DNA from: Azolla caroliniana
Lineage: Eukaryota; Plantae; Polypodiophyta
Direction: 5' to 3'
Length of the DNA stretch: 64,000 bases
Assembly: GCA_043228905.1 (NCBI GenBank)
Contig: JBHGNT010000002.1
Span: 15,438,001-15,502,000 of the forward strand
Shown one piece after another: positions 50,101 to 64,000 of the stretch; position 1 is the stretch's first letter; the number at the start of each line of letters is the position of its first letter. The notes beneath the pieces were generated by a model that worked only from the letters and a program-made list of their open reading frames with translations, did no database searches and was not told the DNA's origin. The translations under genes were made by a program, and so were the position numbers.

Positions 50101-51632
50101 ACATGCGAACAAGTGACGACACGATGCTAGGGCAACTTAAGGGCCTAGCATGGGGAAAGCTGGCACAAACAAGCCTCCTATCTATATACGATTGGAGACG
50201 CATGGTTGTTTCAGGAAGAGCCCAAGAGGACCTTTTCCCTCCCCTCAAGGGAGCTACGAAAATGCGGAGACTGATAGCTGAGGCAGTTGACAAGGTTCCG
50301 ATGGGGGAGGCGAGAGAACATGCATGGTTCGGTCTCTTTGACGAGGTTGGAATGGTCAAGTTGCTAAAGGGTGTGAGCGGATCGGGGAGAGATACAATTT
50401 TTGGGGACAGTCAGAGCAGGGGCTCTTGGCACCCAATCCGAGTGGTGGCACAGGTTGACAACATCTGGAAGACAGACCCGGATGTTGCTAAGGTGGAACC
50501 CCATTGGAGGTTAAGGGTATATGGCTGTCGCCCCCTTGTCGATCTAGATTGGGACCCATAGGATTTCAGATGGAAACATGACGATAGACTCCATCACTTC
50601 TTCGATTACACCACTCAATTGGGTCAGACTTTGCAGTTGCAGCTAGGCAGCCCCTTATCAATGGCTGGCGAACATTGGGCATCCCCGATGAGGCGCTCAT
50701 TACCTTTTGGAAAGGTCTCTGGCGTCTCCACATGCTTGAAAAGATCAAGCTCTTTTCGTGGCAGATCGGTCATAATGTGGTGCCCGTTGCCGAATGGCTA
50801 GATAAACGTGGCGGCCCGTTAGGCGGCCCACTGTGCTCTCGACCTATTGAGACTCTGAGACATTGTCTGTGGGATTGCCCTCAAGCTCAAAAGATCTGGG
50901 ATAGAGTGACTCGCCTCATTGCGGCATGTGAAGTTGAAGGAACAACCTCGTGGAGCGCTGCCACATGGATTGATCACTCGGTCGAAGGGTGGACGGACAC
51001 CGTCAATGCGGATGGTTGGTGTTATGTATGCACGAGAGGCAAAATCATCAAGATCCGTTTCGAAAAAGGCTTGCAGCCCGCATCCCCTAGGTTTCCAAAA
51101 ATCTGGATGTTGATCGCAGGTTTCACCTTGTGGTATATATGGAAAGCGCGTTGCCTCAAGGTTTTCCAAGGTACGGTACGGCCCCCGGAGGAAGTGATCA
51201 TGGACATATGGTTCACGATTATCAGCTGCCTACGAGGGCAACTGGAAGAGATTTGCAGCCACTCCAATGACATGGTCTCTGCCCGTTTGCGCTTTTGGCA
51301 GAAATGGCGGAACACACCTATGGTGATGCAAGGCGGGAGTGGCCCGAGGTGGAATTACCAGCCCCCACGCTGGTTGTTTCCTACTCACCTGTCACCCTCT
51401 CTTCGTTGTAGGCCCCAAGAGACGACTCGTACTAGGCAACATTGAAGGGCATCGCCTTAGATATAGGTAGCTTCTTACATTAATTTAGGCCGCAAGGCAT
51501 TGTAAGTAGGCTCATCTTCTTTTACTTGATCGGAGGAAGACTCCCCGATGTGTGTATAAGTCTCCTTGTAGACTCTCTATGTAATAATCCTTCCTAACTA
51601 ATGGGAAAGTAGCTTCATTTTGGGAAAAAAAA
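47147..51632 (+). mobile_element. L1-clade LINE, 5'-truncated (no ORF1), with poly(A) and 15-bp TSD
   Basis: TSD AACCATAGATAATGA 47132-47146 and 51633-51647; APE (NIYAPN, GDFN, RLDR, SDH); RT (LDFEKAYD, RQGCPLAP, YADD); zf-RVT; few stops. Confidence 0.95.
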
Positions 51633-51759
51633 AACCATAGATAATGAAGTGTACAATATGTAATTGACACTTTAATTCTTATTATATATATAACATGAAT
51701 TTATCTCATAGGTCAAATTTGACATACAATCTCTCCCCCCCCCCCCCCCCCCCCCCCTC

Positions 51760-54740
51760 TCTCTCTGGTGACATGAATGCTCGTACAAGAAGTTTCCAAC
51801 TTGATTCACAAGAATCTTTCATGCCACATATCTCAAGGATGCAAGAGGATCTTTCATGCCACATATCTCAAGGATGCAAGAGGATCTTTCATGCCACATA
51901 TCTCACGGATGCAAGAGGATATGCAAATGTATAGCTGCTCTTCTAGCGATGAAAAAGATCCGGACCAATTTGGGAAGTTACTCCTACAAATGTGCAATAG
52001 TACCGGATTGCTTATTGCAAATGGTATCTCCTTATGGCCCAACACTAATGGTTTTACATGTAGAAAACACAATGGAAATAGTGTGATTGACTATGTGCTA
52101 CTTTTCGAAGGTATTTTAGATCGTATACATAAATTCTCACTTGGTGAATGGACACCGGAATCCGATCATAGGCCTTTATGCATTCATCTCAAATGTATGC
52201 ATAGGTTTGATTGTGAGAAGGCTATTAAAGATAATAAACAACCACACTTGAGCATGAACCTTAAGCGAGCGCCCATGTATTCTAAGATGGTTGAGGATAT
52301 ATTACAAATGACAAAGATACAACATGGTGCAACACTAGAATACAAATGGGAAGCTTTCAAGAAAGTTATTCTCTCCTGTACAAACAAATGTTTTTCGACC
52401 AACCGCACATCCTGGAAATGCACCAAGAAACTTAGGAAAAAATGGTTTGATAAAGAATGTCGTGAAGCTCGAAAGTGCCTTATGGTTTTGGATGTAGTTA
52501 AGGATAAAGAGAATTTCCAAAAGCATTTGCATGACTATAAAAGGCTTATTCAAAGAAAGAGAAGAATATGGGAAGTTACTCAACAATTTATCCAAACGCA
52601 AGAGAAAGGATATGCATGTGCTAAATTTTGGGGAAATCTAAAGAGGAAACATGTTGAGAGTTATGGTGACTTAACTCTTCACGACTTGTCTATGCATGGT
52701 AAGAATTTATATGAGTTATCTCTTGACGGAAAGATGATGTGTTATGATTCTCTTTCACATATGTCTCCCTTCTTTACAATTGAAGATATATGCATAGGAC
52801 TCAAGAATTGGCCTCCTGGAAGGCAAGCGAGCTTCAATGTATGAAGGCTGGAATGCTCAAATGGACGGGAAAGGAAACACATGTATGAATAATCAATATG
52901 TTTAATCATGCATTGCAACATGGTATGTCGTACGATTGGACTACAAATTGGATCAAACCTTTACATAAAGGTGAATATGTAAATAATGTAAACAACTATC
53001 AAACCATCATGGTTGGCTCATTAATGGCAAAACTGTTTGGACGTATAATGGAATCAAAGATAAATGTATGGGCTGAAAAAAAATGGTAAGAGAGCTTATG
53101 GACAACCAGGCTTTCGAAAACACCATAGCACCATTGATCACCTTGTCACCCTTCGAGTATTAATGGAGGAAAGTCGCCTTAGAGGTAAAGGTTTATATTT
53201 TTGCTTTGTAGAATTCAAGAAAGCTTTTGATATGGTACCTCGTGAGCATCTTTGGAGGCGAATGGATGAACTTGCGGTGCCAAGTGAATATATGCTTGCA
53301 ATTTCCCAAATTTATGAGAAGGTTATATGTTGTGTGCACATGAGAGATAAACTTTCAGATTTTTTCAAAAGCACTATTGTTGTTGAGCAAGGATGCCCAC
53401 TCTCACCAACACTATTTGGTCTATGCATTGATGAGTTGGAAGAAATGGTTACCAAGTTTGCAAAGGAAGAATGTGTTGAAGAAGTTGTCATTGGGAATGT
53501 TGTGATTATGCTTTTGCTATATGCAGATGATGTAGTGCTTTTTGCAAATACTTTAGGAGATGCACAAAAGGCATTGGAAAAAATTTGCATGCATACTAAA
53601 TTAAGTGGCAATAGCTCTAAAACAAAGAGTATGCTTGTGAAGAGCCAAAAAAGAGATAAACCATGCATTATGTACAACAATGAGCCACTTGAATGTGTGG
53701 AAAGCTTCAAATATCTTGGCCTTGAAGTTCCTTCAAATCATAGATGGAATGAATGTGCTACACGCCGCTTAGAGGTGGGTACGCAAGCATACTATGCATT
53801 TGAGAACACATGCAATCTTGGAGATATTAAGTGTTGGATCCTCAAGAAATATCTTTCGACACTTTGGTGACATCGGTTCTTCTCTATGGGGTAGAAGTAT
53901 GGGGTGGTCGCACTAAGAAACAAACACTCTACACCCTCCTCCTCCTTGAGACAGGATCGCTTCCCATTGAGATCATGGCCATGGAAAGGGTGTTGAATAC
54001 ATGCTTAAGGTTCAAAAAAGTCCCTCACATCGACTTCCTAGAATTGCATGGGAAGCAAGCAAAAAGATCCAAAAGACACATTAAAGCAATTTTTTGTGTT
54101 CCGGTTGGATGCAAGATATAGAAAAATGGTTTGGTAGATGGGATACGAGACACTTGCTTCATGATGCATCATTAGATTCCTTTGTAAATGAGGCATTTTT
54201 GCAACGCCAATGTATCATGATATGGGACAAATGTGGAGGCTCACGCTTCACACATTATGCTACACATGTTGCACCTAACTACAAAACCATATTCTATGCG
54301 AAATGGGGAAATCGTACACATCGATATATGTTAGAGCCCATACTGTTATCTGCCATTCGAACCATTGCTTCCATGCGACTTAGCTCACATGCATTGCAAT
54401 GTGAGATAGGGCGTTGGGGCACAAGTGATGAGAGTGGTCGGCTATGAACACTTTGCCCTAAACAAGTTCGTGAGTCTGAGTATCACACTTTGATACAATG
54501 CTCTGCCTTTGATCATATTCGACCATGCTTTCCACATCTCTTCGACTGAGCCCAATCCTTGCATGAATTCCTCTCACAACCACAATGTGCACTCTCGATT
54601 GCAACATTCATTACTAAAGTGCTTGAACATCGAGAGTCACTACTCACTTTCACACGTATCAAGTGAAATGTAATATTTTTGGTCTCATAGGTCATATTTG
54701 ACCTCCGAAAACGATAGTATAATCTATCTATCTCTTTCTT
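51760..54740 (+). mobile_element. 5'-truncated RTEX-like LINE, second family member
   Basis: GDMNART, IDY, SDHRP; QPGFR, FKKAFD, QGCPLSP, YADDVVL; RLSSHALQCEIGR; 3' hairpin and TCTA/CT tail. Confidence 0.88.
51814..51918 (+). repeat. 35-bp tandem triplication within the LINE endonuclease
   Basis: ATCTTTCATGCCACATATCTCAAGGATGCAAGAGG x3, one mismatch. Confidence 0.95.
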
Positions 54741-54911
54741 TTTATCGTAATTAGCTTGCCCTAGTGGTAAGTCGTTTACACTACCAGCACTACATTATGG
54801 TACTGAACCCAATTTTCTCACAACTCTATTACTCCATAGATATGTCTTATTTCACTAGATGCCACTATAAAATGTAAGGGCAACCTTACTAACTAAGCTA
54901 CATCCATCTGG

Positions 54912-55015
<104 letters not shown>

Positions 55016-55199
55016 ATTATATTAATAAACGTGGGTAAAAACACTACTTACAATGGGTGTTGCAATGGAGTGATCACCCACTAACTATACGGGTAATGGA
55101 ATATCTTGAATTGCCAATAGGCAAGACGAATAAAGCAAATTGTCGTATTGATACTCCCTTCAACTTTTATAGATATTCTTTGACTACATGCCAACCATC

Positions 55200-57200
55200 A
55201 AGTATGAAAGCATTGTGCATATCCCATTTATGACAAAATCTTCAACACCTCAAAAATAGGAAAATGATCTCCATCTCTAATTTTGGGTCGACCTATGTGA
55301 ATTGTGCAAACACCCAATGTCTTGGCCGGAAATAACAATGTCTTGACAAAACTTGCCAAATTTGAGAAATGTAACTCCAAATCCGACAAGGAATTGAACA
55401 TTGTATGAAACAAAGAGTATTATTTTCAACTTGAACAATGCAAAAGAAAGAATTGCATATTGCTAGCCCACATTGCTTTAGAGATTAGTAATCAAAATGA
55501 AGACCTTTCTACAAGTCACAATTTAGAATATCAACTACATTTTATGATTTGCCACTATCTATTGAAGAAACTCAACGGAGCAACGATACAAGAGTTTAGT
55601 AATCACTTGTAAAAAAGATGTCTGACCTCATAAACACCAATCAACCCATGATTGGTCTCCTTGCATCAATGCAATATTTTGTAATTGTTTCCAAATAAAC
55701 CCATAATTGTGTGGGATGAATCATTATTGTCACTTTAATAAACTCCTAAATTCTTTGAGATCAAGCCTCAACTATATCTCCCACCTATTGGACTCCCAAA
55801 TGAAACAATCAATTAAATTGAGAGCACAATCTTTCCTTTCCAAGCCAACATTGCACAACCTTCAAGCATATGTCAAATGGTTAAGATTGTGACTTCTAAT
55901 ACATAAATTTATCTGTTAACGTAGTAGATATCCATTCAATCAATTGGTCATTCATAACATTCACTCCCATGTCGAAAAATAGAGCTTTTTCTAACCACAA
56001 ATCCTTGCCATCTTAGACATTCCAAATCCCTTTATATACATGATATTAGTTGCAAGCTTCGATAACATTACCAACAAGGGATGAGTAACAATAGCAAACA
56101 ACAATTGACTAAATTAGCATCCTTGACTAACAGATCTTGTGAGAGAAATATTTGATGCAATTCCCCCATTAAACATTATGCGAGACACTACATCTCGTCC
56201 TACTAAAAATATGACATGAGACATACGTAGTCCAAAGCCCATTGTATGCATTAACCTAGAAACAAATGACCAATTAACATGATCATAAGCTTTTTCCAAA
56301 TTTAATTGAACCATAATCAATTCTTGATGAGTGTGTTGTGCATAATACATAGCCATTTGAACATTCAACGCAATATGAAATATATTACTACTTGCAATAA
56401 AACCATATTGGGCGAGATATATCATCTTTGGCAAATACTTTTTGTAATCTATTTGCCAAGACCTTTGTAAATATCTTATACAACCTCCCATCAAAGAAAT
56501 GGGTGTCCATTGATGAAATGACTTGGGAGATGCCACCTTTGGAGCTAATTTAATGAGACCAACCATCAATGTTAGAACCATACAACTAGAATCCCAACAA
56601 TGTTGAAATATCAAAGTTAAGGGCCCTTACCAGGTCCACTTGGAAGAACCTGAAAATCGTGTCTACCTCATCCTTTGCGAAATCTCCTCATTTGTCATAA
56701 ACAATTGTGAGTAATGAACACATTGCAATTATTGTAGTAAGATCCACTATAAATTCATCCCCTTCCTTGACATATACCACATTAGATCAAGCATAGATAG
56801 GATGTAAATCTTGAAAAAATAAAAGAGATTGGCACTGATTACCTACAAGCCTATCCCTTAGTTGTTGAATCTTAACAATTGACTAGCGATATCCAAAAGC
56901 TCCTCATGTAATGGTGTATGTAACAATAATGCATTGCGCCTAGAGAGAACCTGTGAGAATTGTTGAAGAAGACCTTGTCATTATCGAGCATTAGTTACCC
57001 CATCCATACGATGAATGATCTTAATGCTTCGTAAAGTTGTACCCCATCAATGCTTTTATTATCCACGTGTGAACAATTCACCAAAATTTGCTCCATAAGA
57101 CAATTGACCTAAGGTTGAAGTGAAAGAGAATAATTAACATGTGAGTGAGGATTTCAAAATAAGGATTTATACATGTCAATTGCATGATTGAAACCTCTAA
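55200..57200 (-). mobile_element. Old L1 RT fragment
   Basis: WTPISL, QYGF, LNLEKAYDHVNWSF, RSVSQGC in ORF 56114-56614; outer boundaries approximate. Confidence 0.7.
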
Positions 57201-59704
57201 ACAAACATGGAAGTGTTATGAAGAGATTCTCGAATTACATAAATAATATATTCTTTTTCTCCTTCGTCAAAAACGAACTAGAAAGGTTTATACGTGCCAA
57301 TCACATCTCATAGAACTATCAAATGAAGTGATGTTGATGAAAAAGATCATACATCCATTAGATCAACGATTCCCACATCTCATAGAACTATCAAACGAAA
57401 TGATGTTGGTGAAAAGAATTATCATGTATCCAATACATACATTCTATTTATCTAACTATATGTTTGTCTATGTCAAGCAAATTGGAAAGTAAAACATAAA
57501 CCCAAATTAGTGATTTCTATAATCAAATATCGATCATGAGGATCATAGTTGTTAAAAAACGCATATCTATGTTTAAAATACATCTACACAAATTCTACAT
57601 ATTAGAATGACCAATTTACAAATTCACATATTCTACGTATTTAACAAGTATATATTTAACCTATCAAAAAGTTTTAAAATTTTTAAAATTATTATTATTA
57701 TTTAAATGTTTTTATTTTAAGAAGTACTTAATGTATTTTACAAGTATTCTACATATTTAAAGTATTCTAAGTATTTAATGTATTTTTCTATAAAACACTT
57801 AGCATACATATTCTACGCATATTGTATGCTAAGTATTCTACACAATGATGAACATTTTTATGCACAACTTGAGGATAATATTTATCTCGCACAATTAATA
57901 GCACACCTAAATAACGATTGCTAAGATGTCTAAGTAGAATAATGAGCACCCATGTAAATGAAATGTGGACCTTGCGAACTCATGACACTAATGCTCAATT
58001 GCACATGATATATCCCAATGTCTACTCAACAAAGGTTCCCATAATATATACTTTATATGAGGAGAATGTACCCCTCTTGATTTCCAAGTTACCACTTTCA
58101 TTCAATGAATAATGCTACATATAGGTTTTCATGTACCATATCCCGACGTCCATCTACAAAACCTTTTGTTTAAGTCCTCCCACATCAGAAAAACCTCAGG
58201 GTTCAATGGATTTACAACCCATCTAAATGAATCTAATTGAAGTTGAGGGGGGTAATCCCTTATCTCTAAATTGTTGTTGCCAAGGAGTGTATCAATGACC
58301 TCCCTTGTTACGAAACTACCTTCCCTAGTATCACAAGTACTGGGCAAACTATTATAATTAATTTCCCCTTCAACTTGCCCCTTAACTTATGCCAATCTTT
58401 ATCAAGAAAGATATAGATACTAGACCTATCAAATGGTTGTTTCCCCTTAACTATATGCACTAAACTTTGATTTTCCATACCCATAAATTTATTACCCAAA
58501 TTCTTAGACCAAAAACCTTGAAGTGGGGACTCTTTATCACTAGTTCCAAACAATGTTCCTTCGACCACAACCACAATATCTGACATACAAACATCCTTCC
58601 CAACTCTTTCTTTACCATTCCCTTCGTTGGGAACCTCAAAAGTTAGATAATGACATTGGCATGCCGCCATAATTTTAAGAATGGGAAGGTAGTCTGTCTC
58701 AACAACTACCTTTGTAATATGTATCTATAAAACAATCATAGATTCTTTGGCCACCAACACAATATCTACACCTCTCTTCACCTATTCATTATATTTTTCT
58801 CTTTCAGCAATTAATTATCTTGGCCCCAAAAGATGCATTAAAGACTAAAAGCCATAAATTTAATTGCACAAGGAGAGCGTAACCAAATATAATAATAATG
58901 AAGATAACACAATATAACAGACTTGGTACATCACTCAATGAATGATCACAATATATGTATCCTTCATGTCCCAATAACATTATATCACCAATCAATTAAG
59001 TTTAACTTTTCGGTGACCAGTAGAATTTGAATAGACCATTTGTGACTGCTAACTACACATTTCAACCCATTGACTTCATTATTGTGAAGAGGAAACTGTT
59101 GAAATGAATGCTTGTCTAAATACATGTGAATTCGGTTACGGTATTAGTTTCCTGATTAGTGAATCAAGAGAATGGTTTATTCACCTGATTATGTCACAAG
59201 ATTTACTTTCCTCGGTTATCATGAATTTCTGAATAAAAAAAGAGTACTGCGCCATGCAATAATTGAAGGCCTGGATGAGACTGCCCTTAGGTAGCAAGAT
59301 GAGCCCCATGAACAATGTAGCATACAAACAAAAGAATAGATTCTCTAGCTATAAACCTAGCCACGCACCTGAACTATGTCAATGAACTCCGACTTTGGAG
59401 GCGTATTGGACTAATTTGGAAGATCAAGCTCGAGGAGTATTTCATCAAATTTATGAAACTACTAAATAATACCAAATAATGTGTACTTACTGATAACATT
59501 TGGATTACAAATGGTAGTAAGTACTCGAATTTTAGCCCTACGGCATGGCATGATTTAACTTGTCCAAAAAAGAATGAGAATGAATAATTACACCTCATTA
59601 GAGCCACTGAACAAAATACATACAGGCTTGTCGCAAGACCATAAACATTGTAGATCACATCATCAACACAATGTTTGAAGGTAGAGGTGTACCTTATAAA
59701 TCAT

Positions 59705-59773
59705 CTATAAATCTAAACTCTCTGGGTTGACTTCAGAGGAGTATTTCAAGATAAGCTCTTTCCGGTATTCAAC
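59705..59773 (-). CDS. GYRB: GYRB terminal coding exon
   Basis: VEYRKELILKYSSEVNPESLDL followed by TAG. Confidence 0.92.
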   Translation of the reverse strand, partial: VEYRKELILKYSSEVNPESLDL

Positions 59774-59856
59774 CTGCAAATATATATCATACATTTTACC
59801 AGTAAATACTCATAATAAACATCCAAAACATATTAAAAAATAATATCATATTCGAC

Positions 59857-59987
59857 CTCCTCTCCAAGCAATTTTGAAAAGATTAAATTGGCTTCCGCTG
59901 CATCATCAATGGTCAATTGCTTCAAGAGTCTTTTGGTAGGATCCATCGTTGTCTCCCACAGCTGAGATGGCATCATTTCACCCAGAC
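59857..59987 (-). CDS. GYRB: GYRB exon
   Basis: (G)[43 protein letters not shown]. Confidence 0.95.
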
Positions 59988-60060
59988 CTGTAATAATTTT
60001 TGACAACTTAATATAAAGAAGAGCTACTTAGACGATATGCATGCTTTATATAGCATTTAC

Positions 60061-60166
60061 CTTTAAACCTTTGGATGGTAAACGATGCATTTGCAGGGAA
60101 ACCCTTTGTGAGCATCTGTAAGTCATCTTCATTGTAACAATAATGTACTTGTTTTCCTCTCTCTAC
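60061..60166 (-). CDS. GYRB: GYRB exon
   Basis: [35 protein letters not shown] plus G (phase 1). Confidence 0.93.
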
Positions 60167-60258
60167 CTATGAAATTCAAGACATAATTAGACACAAGTCT
60201 CGCACAAGAAATCAATTGTACATCCTCATGACCTTTTGCATTTGCTTTCAAACAATAC

Positions 60259-60312
60259 CTTGTAAAGTGGGGGAACACCAACATAAATGTAACTACCCTC
60301 AAACAGGGCCCT
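60259..60312 (-). CDS. GYRB: GYRB exon
   Basis: RALFEGSYIYVGVPPLYK; canonical splice sites. Confidence 0.93.
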
Positions 60313-60363
60313 CTGCAATTATGAATCAATTCATATGAGCTAATTAACTCTGATCAGAAGCTA

Positions 60364-60594
<231 letters not shown>

Positions 60595-60661
60595 TCAGTG
60601 CAATAATTATGACAAAATAAGAATGTATGTAGCTTAGTATGAGAAACTACAGCACACTCAC

Positions 60662-60775
60662 TTTCATTCCAAGTCCCAGCCCAGTGATTAGACTCTGGAT
60701 TTCTGTATTTTTGTACAATGAAGCTTCGTCTTTACGCTCAACATTAAGTATCTTTCCCCTTAATGGAAGCACAGC
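60662..60775 (-). CDS. GYRB: DNA gyrase subunit B (organellar) exon, Toprim region; upstream exons outside window
   Basis: [38 protein letters not shown]; AG/GT boundaries; 114 nt. Confidence 0.95.
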
Positions 60776-61249
60776 CTAAAAAACAATCATTACAAAATAT
60801 TTCTATACATTGTATATGAGGTCATTGCATTTTCCCTCTCTTTACTCTTTACATCGATAAGGTAAAATTCATATTGATCCTATATTATACAAATGGCATT
60901 CTGCTAGTGAGGCAGATTCATATTTCAAAAGGAAAAATGTGCTTTAAGAAAACATTCCCATTGAGTAATGCATTAAAGTTCAATTCAGCACAAAAAGGTT
61001 CTTTAAAAACGTGACAAATATCAAGAGTATAACATCTCAGTATGTGTTTAGTATAACTTTCTCTTTATGAGGTCATGAGAAAAAGCTCACTCCACGAGAT
61101 TACATCTTAACGTGTTTCCGCATCTATAAGAACAACAAACCAACGTAAATATAGCTAAACATAGAATACTAAAGAATCTAGATATCTAAGAACTTAAGAT
61201 TTTGAACTTAGACTGAAGCTTTTGTCTTCAAGAAATCTTCAAGACAAAG

Positions 61250-63000
61250 TGACCTCCAAAACAAGGGAAGTACCTTCGGTGCTGGGCAATCATGCAAGAC
61301 CATGGTCCAGACGATCATGGCCTACGTGAATGACACATAACTATTGCTTCATGTATTGTAAACCCATTCAAGCATTTTTATCAAGAACCCTCCGTTTGCA
61401 TAGTCCTTGATAGTGTGAGGACTGATGGAGTTGAAAAAGTTGTAATTGCTCTCTGTTGATAACTTGTTATAGCTGTAGTATTGTCCTTCAAAAACTTTCG
61501 TCTATGTCTTTTCAGTTCTAGCAAGAAGTGTCCCAAGCACTGTTGGTCTTTGTATTCCATGACCTTGAGTAGCAGGCAAAGACTTATTTGAAGAGGCAAT
61601 GGTATCTCCCTCTTATTTCATAAAGCACACCACAATGTCAAACTGAGTATTCTTCCAATTCCAGCCCCTTGATGGCACAGTTGGCATATCCAACCTTCCA
61701 TAGGTTGTGAACACAATGATGCGTTATGACATAAGAAGGCATCATAATAAATTCATCTTATGACATGTGTAGTGATTTGTTGTTGACCATCCTCCTACCA
61801 AGAGATGAGCCATGTTGTGGGGCTGACCCATGTTCTTCCATTATCCAATTTAACAATATCAGCTCAGGTCACTCATTATTTTCCACTTCAGCCATGTTAA
61901 GGTGTGAACCATCCAAACTATTGGAATATGGCGGTGTGTTTATCTTATACCATGCTTGCAGCTACCTTGGGACATCATTTGTGACGAATACATATCTTGA
62001 GCTTGTCACTTTAGGCCAACTTCCACTACAACTCCTCCATACATGGTCTTGCTTGTGTCAAACAAAATTGTTGGTTGATTCAAATTAGTGAATCTTACAA
62101 TGTCATTGTGTAATAGTAAATATAGTGATTCTCTAAGGATTGTAAACTTTGAGTAGGAAAGTGGAAAGTGGAAAGTGGAAATTTGCAGCATATAGCTCAC
62201 TACAATCCCCTTTTCGTAATTGTATCCACATAAAATGTGCATCTACATCCTTGTTCACAACACACACTCTAGCATGGAGCTCTTCTTTGTATGACACCAT
62301 TCCACTAGTGCTTCCTAGCATGCGTGGATAAGGACACATACAGACTTCCATCTATATCCCTATACATCCCGGTGTTTTACGGCCAATGTGTTGATGGGTT
62401 CTTTGCATGCAAATCCAATATCTATCCTTAGTGAGCCTATCCAATTCCAGATAGTCATGTTTAAGGCCTAATAGGGCATATATTCTGTCTGTTCTCTATA
62501 ACGACCTTCCCGTTTCTATAGGCAACATGTTTTTCAACCTTTCTTTTCACTTGAATCTTTTCTTTGCAAGTGAGATCACCATATACATATTTTTTGTCAC
62601 CCTTGAGTGCCCCATCTTGGATCGGAAAACTTTTCATTGTCTGTATCCATGAACCAAACGATTATAGCCATACAGCCAAGACTCATATCTACCCACCATC
62701 TACATTGGAGCAATTGAAATCTTCAATTGCAGATCCTTATTCCAATGTTTCCAACATCTTTTATGGGCTTCCTTTTTCAAACAATGCAACTCCAACAACT
62801 CATACATGCAATGCACGAGCTTCCAATGTGGTTTCTTCTTTTAATGTTACATTCATCACGTCTAACTTATTTGTGGGTGCTTTGATTGCATCAATCAAAG
62901 GAGAATTTACCTTTACTTCAATCTAAGCATGTTCAGCACCCATGTTTGCATTTACTTCTATACATTCTCTCTTTCTATAGGGATGCACTTTTCGACTACC
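61250..63000 (-). mobile_element. Highly degenerate RTEX-like LINE within a GYRB intron
   Basis: YRNGKVVIENR (ORF1 end), MTIWN, DAHFMWIQL match the 31.5-31.9 kb copy (YRDGQVIINDR, MTLWN, EAHFMWVKV); boundaries approximate. Confidence 0.65.
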
Positions 63001-64000
63001 TCTCAAACTTTATTTAGAATTACATTAATGGCTTAGTTCATTGATATTAGTTTGACCTTACTTGATGATATTTCAGATTTTAAGTAATTTGATCAGACAA
63101 AAAAAAATCTTTAACATCTAAATACAATGGTCATACAATGTTTACAATGTGATTTCCTAAGTTCACTCTTCAAAACTTCATTAAAAAAATATGTTTTTCT
63201 ATCTCTAGTTGCATTCCTGTTTTAAGGCCATTTCTATATTATGTCTCATGAGATTAATATCATCCCATCCCTAACTAGTTGCCAAAAAAAAATCATCTTT
63301 TTCCTCTTCTTTGTCTGATGAGATTTGCATTTTGGGTATCTTGTTCATCCTTGAAGTACTACCTGGAGTGCCCCCCTCCATTTCCTTCCTTAATATCTTC
63401 GTGGTATCGTCCACGTATTTGTTCCATCTTCATGAGTATCTAGACCTCCACTTCATGAGTTGTTCATTCAGACAGTAGGTAGGGATTAACGAAGATTCGT
63501 GCAGAGATTAAGGTAGAAGTGCAGCAAAGATTCAGAGGGATTAATAAAAGGATTCAGCAGACATTGACGGGGAGGGGAGTAAGAGGATAAATGCAAAGAT
63601 TCAGCAAATATGAAAACAAAATCAACAAACATTAATACAGTTATTAATACAGTGTAATAAGATAAAAAGAGACTAAAGATAATAAAAAAAGATTCTAAAG
63701 TTAAAACATATTGTAATTTTTGTCTTTATAGCCAAGTAATAACCAATCATGATTTTCTTGTTGTCGCTAGGCATCATGGGGACTTCACTCCAGAGGATTG
63801 GCACAATGGTATGTTCTGTCAGTCTAGTAGGGAAACCTTCACACAACTCTATTAAAGATGTGTGCTAGCAATGGGTCCAAGATGTCTCGGGCATAGATAA
63901 AGTGCTCACCTGCCAATCCATCATAATCCTAGGCCTTCTCAAATTGTAACTGATCAAAGGCATTTCTTATATTTTGGAGTTCGTGTGGTTGTATTGTTGT

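Noticed and set aside
57301-57420. ~45-bp direct repeat CACATCTCATAGAACTATCAAA... x2
   Set aside because: Only two units with no cas or other context; an ordinary local duplication.
58100-58700. Possible L1 ORF1 remnant on the minus strand
   Set aside because: Too degenerate to support from sequence alone.
63780-63960. Possible upstream GYRB exon (donor-like CAG|GTGAGC at ~63905)
   Set aside because: No EGDSAGG or other GyrB motif readable and stops present; upstream exons assumed outside the window.

Overview
Eukaryotic land-plant nuclear DNA (non-seed-plant/fern-like by my impression, not proven), roughly 80% retrotransposon. 1-29 kb is a four-level nest: an Athila-like Ty3/gypsy holds a Ty1/copia, which holds a second copia, which holds a third. 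The nest also contains a gag-only LTR element primed by tRNA-Trp. It is cut by an inversion of at least 22 kb with a visible breakpoint near 21.88 kb, shown by one CAAAG target-site duplication (TSD) whose halves now lie on opposite strands. 29.9-40.3 kb is a Tnt1/Tork-like copia carrying a solo LTR and a full-length RTEX-like LINE inserted in the (CT)n of its 3' LTR. Then follow an ~85-bp plastid 16S fragment, a small single-TM gene (41.8-42.2 kb), several L1 and RTEX-like LINEs, and the last six exons of an organellar DNA gyrase B gene (59.7-60.8 kb, minus strand). I see no firmly supported new host system. The best leads are tRNA-like Pol III A/B-box modules in two unrelated LTR families, the Trp-primed gag-only element, a CT-microsatellite-associated LINE family with a conserved 3' hairpin, and a copia family with a charged extension after RNase H between two PPT-like tracts.
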